Positions 27,946-42,200 are shown, counted from the first letter of the whole stretch. The stretch is 63,804 nt of DNA, filler included, from Octopus bimaculoides (GCF_001194135.2; 6 parts of 5 records of this genome joined end to end with filler, not necessarily neighbours in it); one strand, 5' to 3'. The notes: generated from the sequence alone by a model not told the origin. Numbers and translations are program-made.

Positions 27946-28001
27946 TATATACATCATAACGATATAACTGACAAGTGTTACATAAATACATATATCAATT
28001 A

Positions 28002-28033
<32 letters not shown>

Positions 28034-28836
28034 TATGTGTGTGTGTGTGTATGTGTGTATATATGTATTTGTGTGTACGTGAATTCATATAGATATGACG
28101 TCCCTCCTTCTGTATATGGATATGGATAGATAAACATAATGGTTGAGCTTCAACACAGATACACTATGCGTTATTGTGTTTTCAAAATGGAACATTTTAT
28201 ATTACATACATATTGCAAGAGTATAATTTTTCATTCGGAACACTAGCTACCAGAGTTGTTGTATTTTGTTTTAATTTCGAGGCTTCCTTTATTTCTTGCC
28301 CAGCATTTGTATTTAATTTTCTGTATTTTAATATACATGCATTGGTTTATATTGCTTTTAATGAAGTAGATCGAAATTATTTACAGTCCAGTTGGTTTAT
28401 GTTCATTAGTTGAATATATTTTCCGTTTGTTTCTAAAATTTTCTATTGTAATTAAGTACACTTTTAATCAACAACAAAGGCGATAACAAAACATGAATGT
28501 GCCTACTATAGAACAAAAATCTAATTGCCAATTTGTAAACGAAAAAAAATTAAATAAGGTATATAAGAAATAAATAGATGTTTATTTCCTTTTAAATTAT
28601 GAAAAAAAAAATATGATCGGATATTTTCCTGAATTTTTATTTTAAGTTTTACACAACTTTATGCATTCAATTAAAATGATAGGAAGCAATTTATTTGTCC
28701 ATTAATAGTGTCTAATGATGAGAAAATAGAAATTGACTGTATTTTCCACTTTGTTTAGATTGATTTGATAAGTTACGCCCTTGTGGTTGTGTTTTTACTT
28801 GTTTTCCCTTTCCATGTCATCGACTTTATGTGTGTG

Positions 28837-28880
<44 letters not shown>

Positions 28881-30534
28881 NNNNNNNNNNNNNNNNNNNN
28901 NNNNNNNNNNNNNNNNNNNNNNNNNNNNNNNNNNNNNNNNNNNNNNNNNNNNNNNNNNNNNNNNNNNNNNNNNNNNNNNNNNNNNNNNNNNNNNNNNNNN
29001 NNNNNNNNNNNNNNNNNNNNNNNNNNNNNNNNNNNNNNNNNNNNNNNNNNNNNNNNNNNNNNNNNNNNNNNNNNNNNNNNNNNNNNNNNNNNNNNNNNNN
29101 NNNNNNNNNNNNNNNNNNNNNNNNNNNNNNNNNNNNNNNNNNNNNNNNNNNNNNNNNNNNNNNNNNNNNNNNNNNNNNNNNNNNNNNNNNNNNNNNNNNN
29201 NNNNNNNNNNNNNNNNNNNNNNNNNNNNNNNNNNNNNNNNNNNNNNNNNNNNNNNNNNNNNNNNNNNNNNNNNNNNNNNNNNNNNNNNNNNNNNNNNNNN
29301 NNNNNNNNNNNNNNNNNNNNNNNNNNNNNNNNNNNNNNNNNNNNNNNNNNNNNNNNNNNNNNNNNNNNNNNNNNNNNNNNNNNNNNNNNNNNNNNNNNNN
29401 NNNNNNNNNNNNNNNNNNNNNNNNNNNNNNNNNNNNNNNNNNNNNNNNNNNNNNNNNNNNNNNNNNNNNNNNNNNNNNNNNNNNNNNNNNNNNNNNNNNN
29501 NNNNNNNNNNNNNNNNNNNNNNNNNNNNNNNNNNNNNNNNNNNNNNNNNNNNNNNNNNNNNNNNNNNNNNNNNNNNNNNTATAATATTCTTTTATTCTTT
29601 TATTTTGTAATTGTTTCAGTCATTTATTGAAACGTTCGTTTCAATAACGGCCGGTGATATATAAATCGCCGAGCTTGCATGTTGGAAAAACTATGGACAA
29701 AGATTATGAACTTTTTGAAAGGTTTTGATACATTCATACAGCTAACGAGAAAATGCATTTAATTTTACAGTCATTAGGAGAAAATATGCAAGGATTTTCC
29801 CACATCCCTGAACCAGTTCAAAGTGCGTTGCGGTTCAATACTGTAACACTTGGAAAAGCTCAGACACTGGATACCGAAATCATTTCATCTTGATGTTTTC
29901 CAGACTGGAAGATATTGAATCCATCTTTATATGTAATTCCACTCGTACAAGTAGCATGTATTTTCTGACGTATTATAGTATTTGTTTCCTAAAGGAGGTT
30001 GTTCCAAAATTCTTTTGTAAAAAATATCGAAAATTATTAATTTTTGAATAAATGTCAACTAATTCGATATTTGTTCTTAATCATGTAATGGCTTCAATCT
30101 TTAATGATTTTTTTTGTTTACTTCTTATGTAGTAGTTTCAATATTTTCTACTTCTGTAACTCGTTTAAAGTTTGTCCACCCTGTGTAATATTTTCACTGC
30201 AATTGTCTTTTAATTTGTTTGCAGATTCCAGCCGCGCAAGAGCCATTTCTTTTGCAATTAATTTTTATTTCTTTCCCCAATTTTTTACTTCTTGGAATGA
30301 ATTCTAAAAATACCATCGTTAAACTAGGCGATTTCTGTGGTTTAATTAAGGAAGAAAAAAATGAAACATACAAATTTTGATTACTCTCGTGACATTTCAA
30401 CTCATTCATCTTCCGCACATATTACATTTACAGTTCAACAACTTGATGAAATGATAGTAATTAATAACTGTATTTGAAGATATATGGAATCCACACTTGC
30501 GTTTCATTTTCCAATTTTTGTTATATAATTAATA

Positions 30535-30657
30535 CTGGCTTTAAATTTTGCCAAAAGATCAGCAGTTTGAGGAAAGGGCTTAAGTCAATTACATTAACTC
30601 CAGTGATCGTCTGGTACTTATTATATCGACCCGGAAATGATGAAAGGTAACATCGAA
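30535..30657 (-). mobile_element. SINE fragment (12591 family)
   Basis: GGTACTTATTATATCGACCCGGAAATGATGAAAGG is the reverse complement of the core. Confidence 0.65.
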
Positions 30658-31681
30658 GTACGTATTAGTTGAAGAATAAGTTTAATAAAAAACATGTATA
30701 TACATTTGAAATGCATCAGATAAAATACCGAGTTATTTTCTATGATAAAACATTTAGATTATGACAAATTTATGTCGTTTAGAAACATGGTTTCTGATTA
30801 GTAATGGTATGGTGGTTTGTGGCAGCAATATATATTCTGCTGAATATCTTTTATTGTGAGCGATATATGGGCAAGAATAATATAAAAAAAACCTCTGTCA
30901 AAATTTGTGTAACAACAGTCAATGCACTAATTAGAATGTACTAAAATAGGTAGTATTATTCACACATTTGGATCCCGCACTTCTCTTTACGCCTTACACT
31001 CATGTCACTTTTGTTTGGCCACTACGTACTCTACAGTCAGAAATTCCTCTGCATGCACATAAATTCAAATTATTTTTCTGCTCTCTTTATAACAAATGAA
31101 CTCATTTTATCGTTAATTTCTTTGTCGGTTTTTATAGATCTTTCCTGGTAACATGTGAATACCAACAGCTAAGTTTCGACGCGTTGATTCACACTTACAC
31201 ACACTCTCTTCACCCATATATGCATGTATGTATACATATAGATGTAGGTATGTACATATATGTATGTATATATGCATGTATTTATATATTATTTACGTTA
31301 TTATATATATATATATATATATATTCATTAATTAGAAATGTTCAATAGGAATATGATATGCTGAATTTATATTGAGTGCTCGTATATATTACGGTATCAA
31401 TAATATTAAATTTTTTGTTATAAATTTTTAAATATTAATACAGTTAATACGAGCTATTATATATATATATATTTATAAAAAAACATACGTAGATATGTTT
31501 TTTTTTATATATATAATATAAATGTTTTCTATATTTTTATAACTTAAGGCAAGAAGTATGTGATATAAAAATATATATCCTTTTGAAACCTCCAATATTG
31601 ATTTCCTAACTCCAACATAACTACATATGTTTTATATNNNNNNNNNNNNNNNNNNNNNNNNNNNNNNNNNNNNNNNNNNNN

Positions 31682-31693
31682 TTAATTAATTAA
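31682..31693. other. Assembly gap spacer TTAATTAATTAA (also 50535-50546, 58299-58310, 60585-60596, 61926-61937)
   Basis: Identical 12-mer with stops in all six frames, embedded in N runs five times. Confidence 0.9.
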
Positions 31694-31770
31694 NNNNNNN
31701 NNNNNNNNNNNNNNNNNNNNNNNNNNNNNNNNNNNNNTATATATATATATATATATATATGGGAGAATTT

Positions 31771-31930
31771 ACGAAAAAAACAACAACAGACGAAGACAGG
31801 TGGTGTAAACAACAAATGGATATATTAATATAACGCTCGGGAATAGAGAAAGTCTTTAACGTTTCGAGCCTACGTTCTTCAACAGAAAGGAACACAGAAA
31901 GAAACAAGAAGAGAAACAAGGAGAGAAAAA
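31771..31930 (-). mobile_element. Penelope-type terminal fragment with hammerhead-like motif (31854-31889)
   Basis: Minus strand CUUU-CUGUUGA-A-GAAC(GUAG)GCUC-GAAA-CG-UU^AAAG. Same layout as 10531 but with core and stem mismatches. Confidence 0.55.
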
Positions 31931-32898
31931 AATATGAATGTAGTGGTCAGCGATCTATCATCTCATTCGTTCATCAGAATAAAACCGTTGAAAAGCGAGC
32001 GCTAAAATTCAAAACGGTTAAAGTGTCAAGTAACATACAATAGGATATTATAATAATATATTAATATATTAAGATATATTAAATACCTACAATATATAGG
32101 TGGCTATAGCAATTAAAACCGAAAAGGTAAAATTAATAAATGAGGGCGCAAATCCCGCCGAGATTAAATTTGTCTTTCATGCCTTCAAGGTCGATCTCTC
32201 CTCAGAATAGCTAGCCTTTCATGAGGTCGATCTCTCCTGAAAATTGCTAGCCTTCAATCCAGCGACGGACCGGTATCTCGTTCATGGGAAATATTGTGAT
32301 TTCGGTCACTTATATATCATATAGACCGGGTAAGTGACCATTATGAGTCCTAGGGCCCAAGAAAGAAAATTCCTCTCAATTACTTTTCCAGAAAGGTTTA
32401 TGTGGCCCTTTATATTCGGTAACTCTTAGCCTTTAGATACTAATAAGTAATTGTTATCTTGGTTGTATTCTCCAGAAGCTTTGGTTGTATACGGATAATG
32501 TAACTCAACTGCTGTTTCTCCAGACGAGATTTGGGGCGTTTCATAAGTCTGTTTCTGTCTACTCCATAACGAAAATATAAAGAAAAGAAATAACCTGCGG
32601 CTGATGGTTCCGGCTGCCACAATGAGTAGTAGTGGTAGTAGCGGCAACGAGGATGGTAGAAAAGCATAAAAAAAAGAAGAAAAAAAGACAAAAAAAGAAA
32701 AGGGAAGTATTATGCTTTTGATGGTGGAGGTGGAGGAGGTTTTGGCGTACAGAATTGCAGGGTGGAACGTGTTGTCTAGTCGCCGTTGCAATAGTGGAAA
32801 CATCAGTGAAGATGGCGATTTTGTTGTTTTTGTTATTTTTCTTTCTCTCTTTACTTCCCGTTGTTGTTAATGATGGTGATATTACTGTTATTACTCAT

Positions 32899-33790
32899 GG
32901 CGGCGAGCCGGCAGAATCGTTAGCACGCTGGGAAAAAATGCATAGCAGTATTTCGTCCGTCTTTACGTTCTGAGTTCAAATTCCACTGAAGTCGACTTTG
33001 CCATTTATTCTTTCAGAGTCAATTTAATAAGTACCAGTCGAGTCCTGGGGTCGATGTAATAGACTTATATCCTTCCCCCAGATTTCAGGCCCTGTGCCTA
33101 TAATAGAAAAGATATAACTGCTGCTCTCAAGGCTGCGAACTGGCAGAATCATTAGCACGCTGGACAAAATACTTAGGGGCATTTTATCTATCTTTACGTT
33201 CTGAGTTCAAATTCTGTTGAGATCGATTTTGTCTTTCTTCCTTTCAGGATCAATGAAATAAAGTACCATTTGAGAAGTGGGCTCGATATAATCAACTTAT
33301 TCCTTTCCCTCAAATCCTCAGGCCTTGTGCCTAGAGCAGAAAGGATATTATTGTTGCTCTCAAGGCGGGGACCTGGTAGAATAGTTAACACGCCTGACAA
33401 AATGCGTAAGAGTTTTCATCTATCGCTATGTTCTCAGTTCAAATTTCGCCGTAGTCGACTTTGCCTTTCATCCTTTCGGGGTCGATAAAATAAGTACCAG
33501 CTATGCACTAGGGTCAATGTAATTGACTAGCCCCTTCCCCCAAATTTTCAGGCCTCGTACCTAGTACAGAAAGGGTTTTTCTGTTGCTCTCAAGGCGCTG
33601 ACTTGGCAGAATCGTTAGCACATCAGACAGAATGCTTAACAGATTTTCATCTGTCGTTACGTTCTCAGTTCAAATTTCGCCATGGTTTATAAAATAAGTA
33701 CCAATTGAGCGCTGGGCTCGATGTAATCGACTTGCCCTTTCCCCAAAACTTCAGGCCCTGTGCTCTAACCAGAAAAGATATTACTGTTGC
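32899..33790 (+). mobile_element. Head-to-tail tandem array of four diverged SINE copies (~230-bp period)
   Basis: Heads at ~32899, 33129, 33362 and 33592, joined by the linker TG(T/C)TGCTCTCAAGG. Unit 4 lacks ~30 bp of the core. Confidence 0.85.
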
Positions 33791-34516
33791 TTCCCCTTAA
33801 AACAGGCAAAGCTAGCTGTCTCTTTTCATTAAAAATATTGAAATGAAAATTATTATCGTTGAATAGTTTTATTGCTTTTTTGTCTTTGGCGTCGTTTTTG
33901 CTTCTTGACATGTTGGAAGTTGTTGGTGTTCTTGTTGTTGTTGTTGTTGGTGATGATGTTGCGACAAAATTTTTCCGTAAAATGTTCGGATATAATCAGT
34001 TTTTCCCTCTCGACAAGCGGCAGTTTCTGAAGTGGCTACTACCTCTCGTCTGTCAGGATTGCCTCCCAGCGTTTCTCTCTTGAAATGTCAACGCTGATGA
34101 CATTTATATATATTTTGATTATTTGCTAAAACGCAGACGACGGCAAAAAAAAAAGAAGAAAACAAAATAGCTGTGGCTTGTCTAACTAGAGAAAAAATAA
34201 AACTTTTAAAAACCGTTGTATTTTTTTTTCCTTCCCTGAGTATGTAATAAATAAGCTCAAGAACCAAAAATTCAAAATATCATCGGAGGAATTGGAAGAA
34301 AAGGCGCGAGAGAGAGAGTTTTAAAAACTTTACAGAACGACAATGTGTACAGTTTGTGCAGCTCGAATTTTAAAAAATTACAACAACTACAACGACGACG
34401 ACGGTCGTGGCGGCGACGGCGACTACGACGACGACGATGACGATTTCTTGGTTAACCACAAGGGCTCAAAGACAATGTCAAAAGACAAAGACAAGGACAA
34501 AATACAAATGCGGTAG

Positions 34517-34562
<46 letters not shown>

Positions 34563-34563
<1 letters not shown>

Positions 34564-35587
34564 TGCCTCGATAAAAATACCTGTTGGTAGTAACCTAAAA
34601 ACACACCTCATTGGTGAGTGAAAATGCCAAGCAATATAAATAACGATAAATAACGGTCTAAACGGGACTGGAACCAATGGTGAAGGTGCCGCACCCGACA
34701 GGTGCCCCACTGTGCAACAGGGCAGGCCCGGTCGTTATCCAACAGCTGCTAGCCATACTACAAGACAATGTCCTTGTACTGGTCAAAATATGCAATGTGC
34801 TCGCAAACGCAATTGGTCTGTTGATATGAACCAAAAGGCGATCCAGTGCCATGAACAAGCCTTGCTAGACAAAAACAATGGCAAATGTAAACCTGTCGGG
34901 AAAAGATCATTAGAATTTTGGAACCACGCAAGTGCAACGGACCTCTGCAGAATGTGTGGGAAGAGGGTCGAAAGCGTGACTCACATTGTTAGTGCTTGTG
35001 AAAGTCTTGCGCAGAAAGAGTACAAGCGTAGACACGACAAGGTAGCCCAAAACCTCCGCTGGCTACTATGCCGTAAGTATGGATATGAGGTTGAAGGTGT
35101 TTGATACGAACATACACCACAACAAGTAATGGACGAAAAGGGGAAGGCAAATATTCTCTGGGACTTCGACTTCCAGACAGACAAGGTATTAGAGCACCGA
35201 AAGCCGATATAAAAAGCTTTAGACGGGACAAACAAGAGTGCTTAATAATTGATGTGGAGATCAATATATCATCATGAAGGAAAGAGAAAGGGTTGATAAA
35301 TATAGAGGCCCGAGAATTGAGATCGCTAGGATATGACAGCTACGGGAGTCAAACATAAAGGTTATCCCTATTGTCTTCGGAGAATTGAGTTCCATACAGC
35401 TGGACATTTTAGAAATATCCTACAATCTTGGTGTATTGCAGAAGCCGGCATTACTTGGAACGGCACGCATATTGCGTAAAATACTGTCTGTCTGAGGTCC
35501 TTGTTGTGACTTGACAGACAGTACAAAGACCCGTGGACATAATATCTTCAATCAACAACCTCACGATATTGTATACTGTGCGACGTC

Positions 35588-35588
<1 letters not shown>
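34563..35588 (+). mobile_element. Internally deleted R4/Dong-like element (5' region + N-terminus fused to CCHC-RLE + 3'UTR)
   Basis: RKRNWSVDMN...KRSLEFW is in frame with DLCRMCGKRVESVTHIVSAC...RRHDKV...ILWDFDFQTD...LLGTARILRKIL*. Long (AAT)n on both sides. Confidence 0.85.
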
Positions 35589-35673
<85 letters not shown>

Positions 35674-35976
35674 TGATGATGATAATAATATAATATTATA
35701 TTTCTGCTGAATTACCAGTCCTTTATATAAACTAAAAAAATGAATTAGACTGACATTTATTTTGAACCTGTGGAAGGCGTGCGAGATGCCGAAATATTGT
35801 TCAAAGGACCAATAAATAAGTTACTTTCGAGTTGCGCTTTTTGTCATTAAGTTGGCCTTGGTGATGGATTACGTCAGCTATGTTTACCTTAGTGATGGAT
35901 TATGTCAATCGTATACAAAAGTTAAGAACTCACCTCTCTATCTAATAATAATAATAATAATAATAACAACAATAAC

Positions 35977-36060
35977 AATGGTTTCAAATTTTTACCACAG
36001 AGGAAGCTTGGGGGAGGGTGACAGTCGATTACATCGACCCTAGTGCGTAACTGGCACTTA
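35977..36060 (-). mobile_element. SINE 3' end running into gap
   Basis: AGTCGATTACATCGACCCTAGTGCGTAACTGG is the reverse complement of the 12591-family tail. Confidence 0.7.
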
Positions 36061-37055
36061 NNNNNNNNNNNNNNNNNNNNNNNNNNNNNNNNNNNNNNNN
36101 NNNNNNNNNNNNNNNNNNNNNNNNNNNNNNNNNNNNNNNNNNNNNNNNNNNNNNNNNNNNNNNNNNNNNNNNNNNNNNNNNNNNNNNNNNNNNNNNNNNN
36201 NNNNNNNNNNNNNNNNNNNNNNNNNNNNNNNNNNNNNNNNNNNNNNNNNNNNNNNNNNNNNNNNNNNNNNNNNNNNNNNNNNNNNNNNNNNNNNNNNNNN
36301 NNNNNNNNNNNNNNNNNNNNNNNNNNNNNNNNNNNNNNNNNNNNNNNNNNNNNNNNNNNNNNNNNNNNNNNNNNNNNNNNNNNNNNNNNNNNNNNNNNNN
36401 NNNNNNNNNNNNNNNNNNNNNNNNNNNNNNNNNNNNNNNNNNNNNNNNNNNNNNNNNNNNNNNNNNNNNNNNNNNNNNNNNNNNNNNNNNNNNNNNNNNN
36501 NNNNNNNNNNNNNNNNNNNNNNNNNNNNNNNNNNNNNNNNNNNNNNNNNNNNNNNNNNNNNNNNNNNNNNNNNNNNNNNNNNNNNNNNNNNNNNNNNNNN
36601 NNNNNNNNNNNNNNNNNNNNNNNNNNNNNNNNNNNNNNNNNNNNNNNNNNNNNNNNNNNNNNNNNNNNNNNNNNNNNNNNNNNNNNNNNNNNNNNNNNNN
36701 NNNNNNNNNNNNNNNNNNNNNNNNNNNNNNNNNNNNNNNNNNNNNNNNNNNNNNNNNNNNNNNNNNNNNNNNNNNNNNNNNNNNNNNNNNNNNNNNNNNN
36801 NNNNNNNNNNNNNNNNNNNNNNNNNNNNNNNNNNNNNNNNNNNNNNNNNNNNNNNNNNNNNNNNNNNNNNNNNNNNNNNNNNNNNNNNNNNNNNNNNNNN
36901 NNNNNNNNNNNNNNNNNNNNNNNNNNNNNNNNNNNNNNNNNNNNNNNNNNNNNNNNNNNNNNNNNNNNNNNNNNNNNNNNNNNNNNNNNNNNNNNNNNNN
37001 NNNNNNNNNNNNNNNNNNNNNNNNNNNNNNNNNNNNNNNNNNNNNNNNNNNNNNN

Positions 37056-37128
<73 letters not shown>

Positions 37129-38419
37129 TAATGTCTGTGTGTGTGTGTTTTACATGTGTCTATGAGTGCATGTTATGTAAGTGTATGAATATATAAAAAG
37201 ATTTCATCTTTTAATAAACACGAAAAGAATAATGATGCACTAAAGTCGATATAAACAGTTTCAGCTGAAACAACTGTACTAACCATTGTTGACATTATTC
37301 CTTTTCCAGGAGCGAATGTCTTGATACTGAGTTTTCTATATTGAGGTTTTCTATCTCATATGTGGGCAGACGATAGACAACACAGTTACTACAACCTCTT
37401 TCCAATGTTTTTTCCATATATTTCGTGTGCCTTAGTAAAACGTCTGATGCAAAAGAGATAGATAGATAGAGAGAAAGAGAGAGGCTGCATCTAATGTAAT
37501 ACCTCTTCTGGTGCAATATTGTTTGTTTATTTATTAATGTTTCAATGAGTTTGTGATAGACACACTTTTATCGCAGCTGTAAGCAGACGATAACTGAGGT
37601 ACTACTTCCTTTGACATAGCGTTCTTCACATGGTGCACGTGACCTAGTGAAACTTCTAACGCAAACCAGGCTCCGATGGCATCAAGTGTACAGTTTCTTT
37701 CGGTGCACGGTCTTCTTAGTATAAGTGACCTTTAGTAAACTTTTCTTAGAGCAAAAAGCAGACGACAGATGAAACTATTTCTTTTGGCGTAGTGTTTTTC
37801 TTTTTCCGCTGGATGGCAAAATCGGTTGCTTACCGGACAAAATGTCTTCTGGCATTTAGCTACAATCTTTTCATCATTTTCGGGCTTATTAAAATTAACA
37901 TCAGTCCACATTTAGGGAGTCAACATAATCAATTCTGCATTGCCCTGTAAATTTATACCAATGTCAGAAATCTCTTATTTAATTTGAGAAAATAGGTTTA
38001 TTGATAGGGATGGATGAATAATGTTTTACTCAAATGTTTCTATGTTAATCCATGTAGTAAGAACCACACTGTAACCTCTGACTGACAAATGTGTTTTACG
38101 TTTTCTACCGCTACTACAGTATAAGACTTTGCTGGTTGGTTTCCTATTGCCCTCACAGAAGCAATTTCGACACATTCATTTCTCCTCTTTTTAGTACCTG
38201 TATTACGTCCACTCAGCCTCAGGCCCCGTGATAACCAATGCGGCTATTCCTTCCTTCACAGAATGTAAACTTTCTGAAAAACCCTGTATATCCTCGAATT
38301 TCTTACCACTATCGATTTTAACGGCACCGGTGTCATCGATCTCAGAAAGTTTACTAAGGTTATGTGCAAAACTCCTTAGCTCAAAATAATAAAAAGAGAT
38401 GCTAAAACAAAGTTTAGAT

Positions 38420-38674
38420 TAGTGGTTCTCAGTCGGGGTCCACATGATCCTTGAGGGTCCAAACAAGATTATCATCGTTAAAATATATCTGCAATAAATT
38501 GGTTCTACTTTTACAATACACAAAATACTTTAACATTTTTTCTATACAATTCCTTATGATATTTAAGTATAAAAATAGAATAGGATTTTTAAACATCGAA
38601 TGGCTATGGGTGTCTACTTGGGTAAAATATAAGTCAAAAGGGTGCATAGACAAAAAAATACTCGAGAACCACTG
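38420..38674. mobile_element. hAT (Charlie-like) MITE, 255 bp
   Basis: TIRs (T)AGTGGTTCTC ... GAGAACCACTG; 8-bp TSD GTTTAGAT/GTTCAGAT. Confidence 0.85.
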
Positions 38675-39517
38675 GTTCAGATGAAGATTTTGCCACAGAA
38701 TTTGTGGGAAAGAAAATATAGTAAAGTTACCGAGAAGAGTATGAAGGAATTCAGTGGGTGGTACATGGAGGAAGTTGATCTAGAATGTTCGTACAGCTTT
38801 TTATTTGGAGTGGCTGTTCCATTTTAGACATATGAGCCGTACTGAAATATGGGTCGTACTAGTACCTCAATGAGGATCAGGAATTGTTTAAATATGTATG
38901 AAGTAGTGCATTTGACTCAGTAAAATGTCTCTACCGAGCGGGCCAGACGACATTAAGTACACCATTGTTTATGCTTTTCAATGAAATGTCTCCTAGCAAT
39001 GTTTATAACAGGGCAGATGGCAGCGTCAGCTTGCTAATGTTTTATTATTTTTTTCGACTAATGAATTATAGATACAAATTAGAAGGAATGTTAATCGTGG
39101 TCATATTTAATAACTGGAAACGAACAAGCTGTGGGACTTCGTGCAAGGCACGATGGTCTTTGAAAAAACATATTTCTAAGAATAGTTGTTTCCGGATGAT
39201 CACCAGTGCATGCAAACAATAATCTTTCGTTCTTGAAGTAGTGAAAACACATAAAATAGTTCTGTGAAATATTTTGTATGAAGTCTGAGAGTGGCAACTT
39301 GACGAGGAGAGAATGAGAGAATAAGAACAGACCACTTCGTGGGGATTTAGAAGTCGAGGCCATAATAGCTCTATGTGAGAGATACGAACGATGGGAAAAA
39401 GTGAAATAAAGAATGAATGAATTAGTAAATGAATGAATGAAAGGAAAGAAAAAATGAACAAAAGAAATAAAGACAAAAAGAAAGAAAGATATATATATAT
39501 ACCTGTTGTCTTCTCTC

Positions 39518-39560
<43 letters not shown>

Positions 39561-39639
39561 NNNNNNNNNNNNNNNNNNNNNNNNNNNNNNNNNNNNNNNN
39601 NNNNNNNNNNNNNNNNNNNNNNNNNNNNNNNNNNNNNNN

Positions 39640-39699
<60 letters not shown>

Positions 39700-40616
39700 A
39701 GACAACAGGTATTTTTTTGATTTGATATAAGCTGCCTCTTAGGTAGACAGCTTCTTTTCTAGTCATTGTTTCGGTGCATGAATGTGTAAGGGCATGTTTG
39801 TATTTGTGTGTGCATGCATGTGTATGTGCGTGTGTGTGTATATGAGTATATGTGCGTGTGTGTACATGAGTGTAAAGATCATTTATACTTTGTAAACGAC
39901 TATAGATGAACGCAAATTATTTTAAAACATTGTAAACGATAAGATCGTTCACAGATAAGATATCTATTTCCGAAGAGACATATATATGATGCTGACTTGT
40001 CTATTTACAAAGAAAACCCCTCAAAAAAACAAAACCAAAAAAACAAAAGAACAACAAACAGAATTCGGGGCCTTTTTTTCATTAGCTTTTAAATGGAATT
40101 CGAATTCGTTGTTTTTCCTGCTTCACCCTTTACTGAAAAGATATATGATCAAACACGATTAAGTCGTGACCATCGCATTATTTCATTTGTATATCAATGA
40201 CTACAATGTCCAATATATCCCGATTTAAAATGGTAGGGAATGATTTGAGGGAGAATTATTTGCTACTTCTAGCAGATCAAGCAACCATATAGAGGCTAGT
40301 TTGTCGGTTAAAAACTTGCTAAATTTTAGTCGTTTGGTTGTTTTAACTTGATGGCTTGTATGTATGTATGTATGTATGTATGTATGTATGTATGTATGTA
40401 TGTATGCATGCATGTATGTGCACGCGCGTGTGTCATTGTTCAGTTTTATTTCAAGATTTTTTGCCAATAGAGAAAGAGACGGTTTCCAACCTAGATCCAA
40501 GGCTCCTTCATTGGAATTTCAACATTAACAACGGCGTATTTTTGTATGTATGTATGTATGTATGTATGTATGTATGTATGTATGTATGTATGTATGTATG
40601 TATGTATGTATGTGTG

Positions 40617-40765
40617 CTAAATACTTGGCGGTATTTCGTCTGTCTTTACTTTCTGAGTTCAAATTCCACCGAGGTCGACTTTGCCTTTCATCCTTTCGAG
40701 GGCGATAAATTAAGTACCAGTTGCGTACTGCGGTGGATCTAATCGACTGGCCCCTCCCCCAAAAC
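40617..40765 (+). mobile_element. SINE (12591 family)
   Basis: GAGTTCAAATTCCACCGAGGTCGACTTTGCCTTTCATCC core. Confidence 0.8.
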
Positions 40766-40829
<64 letters not shown>

Positions 40830-41026
40830 GCATGTGCGTATATTAATGTATGCATGACTATGATTCTTGGGTGTAAGATTGCATGTTTGTCTATGCACAT
40901 GTGAAGGTCCATGAGTTTACATTCTTTCGGTAACCTGGATATTGAAGACAATTTATCTGATGCTATTTATATGACATTATTTGTAAGTTGGTACCCACAC
41001 AAACACGTACGCACTCGCGCGCGCGT

Positions 41027-41946
<920 letters not shown>

Positions 41947-42007
41947 ATGGTATAGCGTCATACTATTCCTCCAAAAACTAAGAAGTTTCACAGCCAGCAA
42001 ACAGCAC

Positions 42008-42200
42008 TTTGGGACGCCCAAGAAACTTAAGGAAGCCATTAGAAGGAGGAAACCGGACAAGAATCTTAAAGCAAACTACGTTCAGCATGACAATGCACGA
42101 CTACATATACCAATGGCGACAAACCAAGCAATCGGCAAATTACTCCAGTCAGTGGTCCACCAGCCATCGTACAACCTTGATCTGGTGACAAACGATTCGA
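42008..42200 (+). mobile_element. Mariner transposase catalytic-domain remnant
   Basis: KLKEAIRRRKP...QHDNARLH...HQPSYNLDL resembles HDNARPH...HPPYSPDL. Confidence 0.7.

Noticed and set aside
32188-32260. 36-bp two-copy tandem repeat (also a 25-bp pair at ~49817-49862)
   Set aside because: Only two units; ordinary slippage duplications, not arrays.
37900-38380. Decayed CR1/L2 RT (SEIDDTGAVKIDS) on the minus strand
   Set aside because: Similarity is too weak to support by eye.
39100-39400. Copia gag-like LETNKLWDFVQGT
   Set aside because: Single short motif with many stops, and no LTR, PBS or pol nearby.
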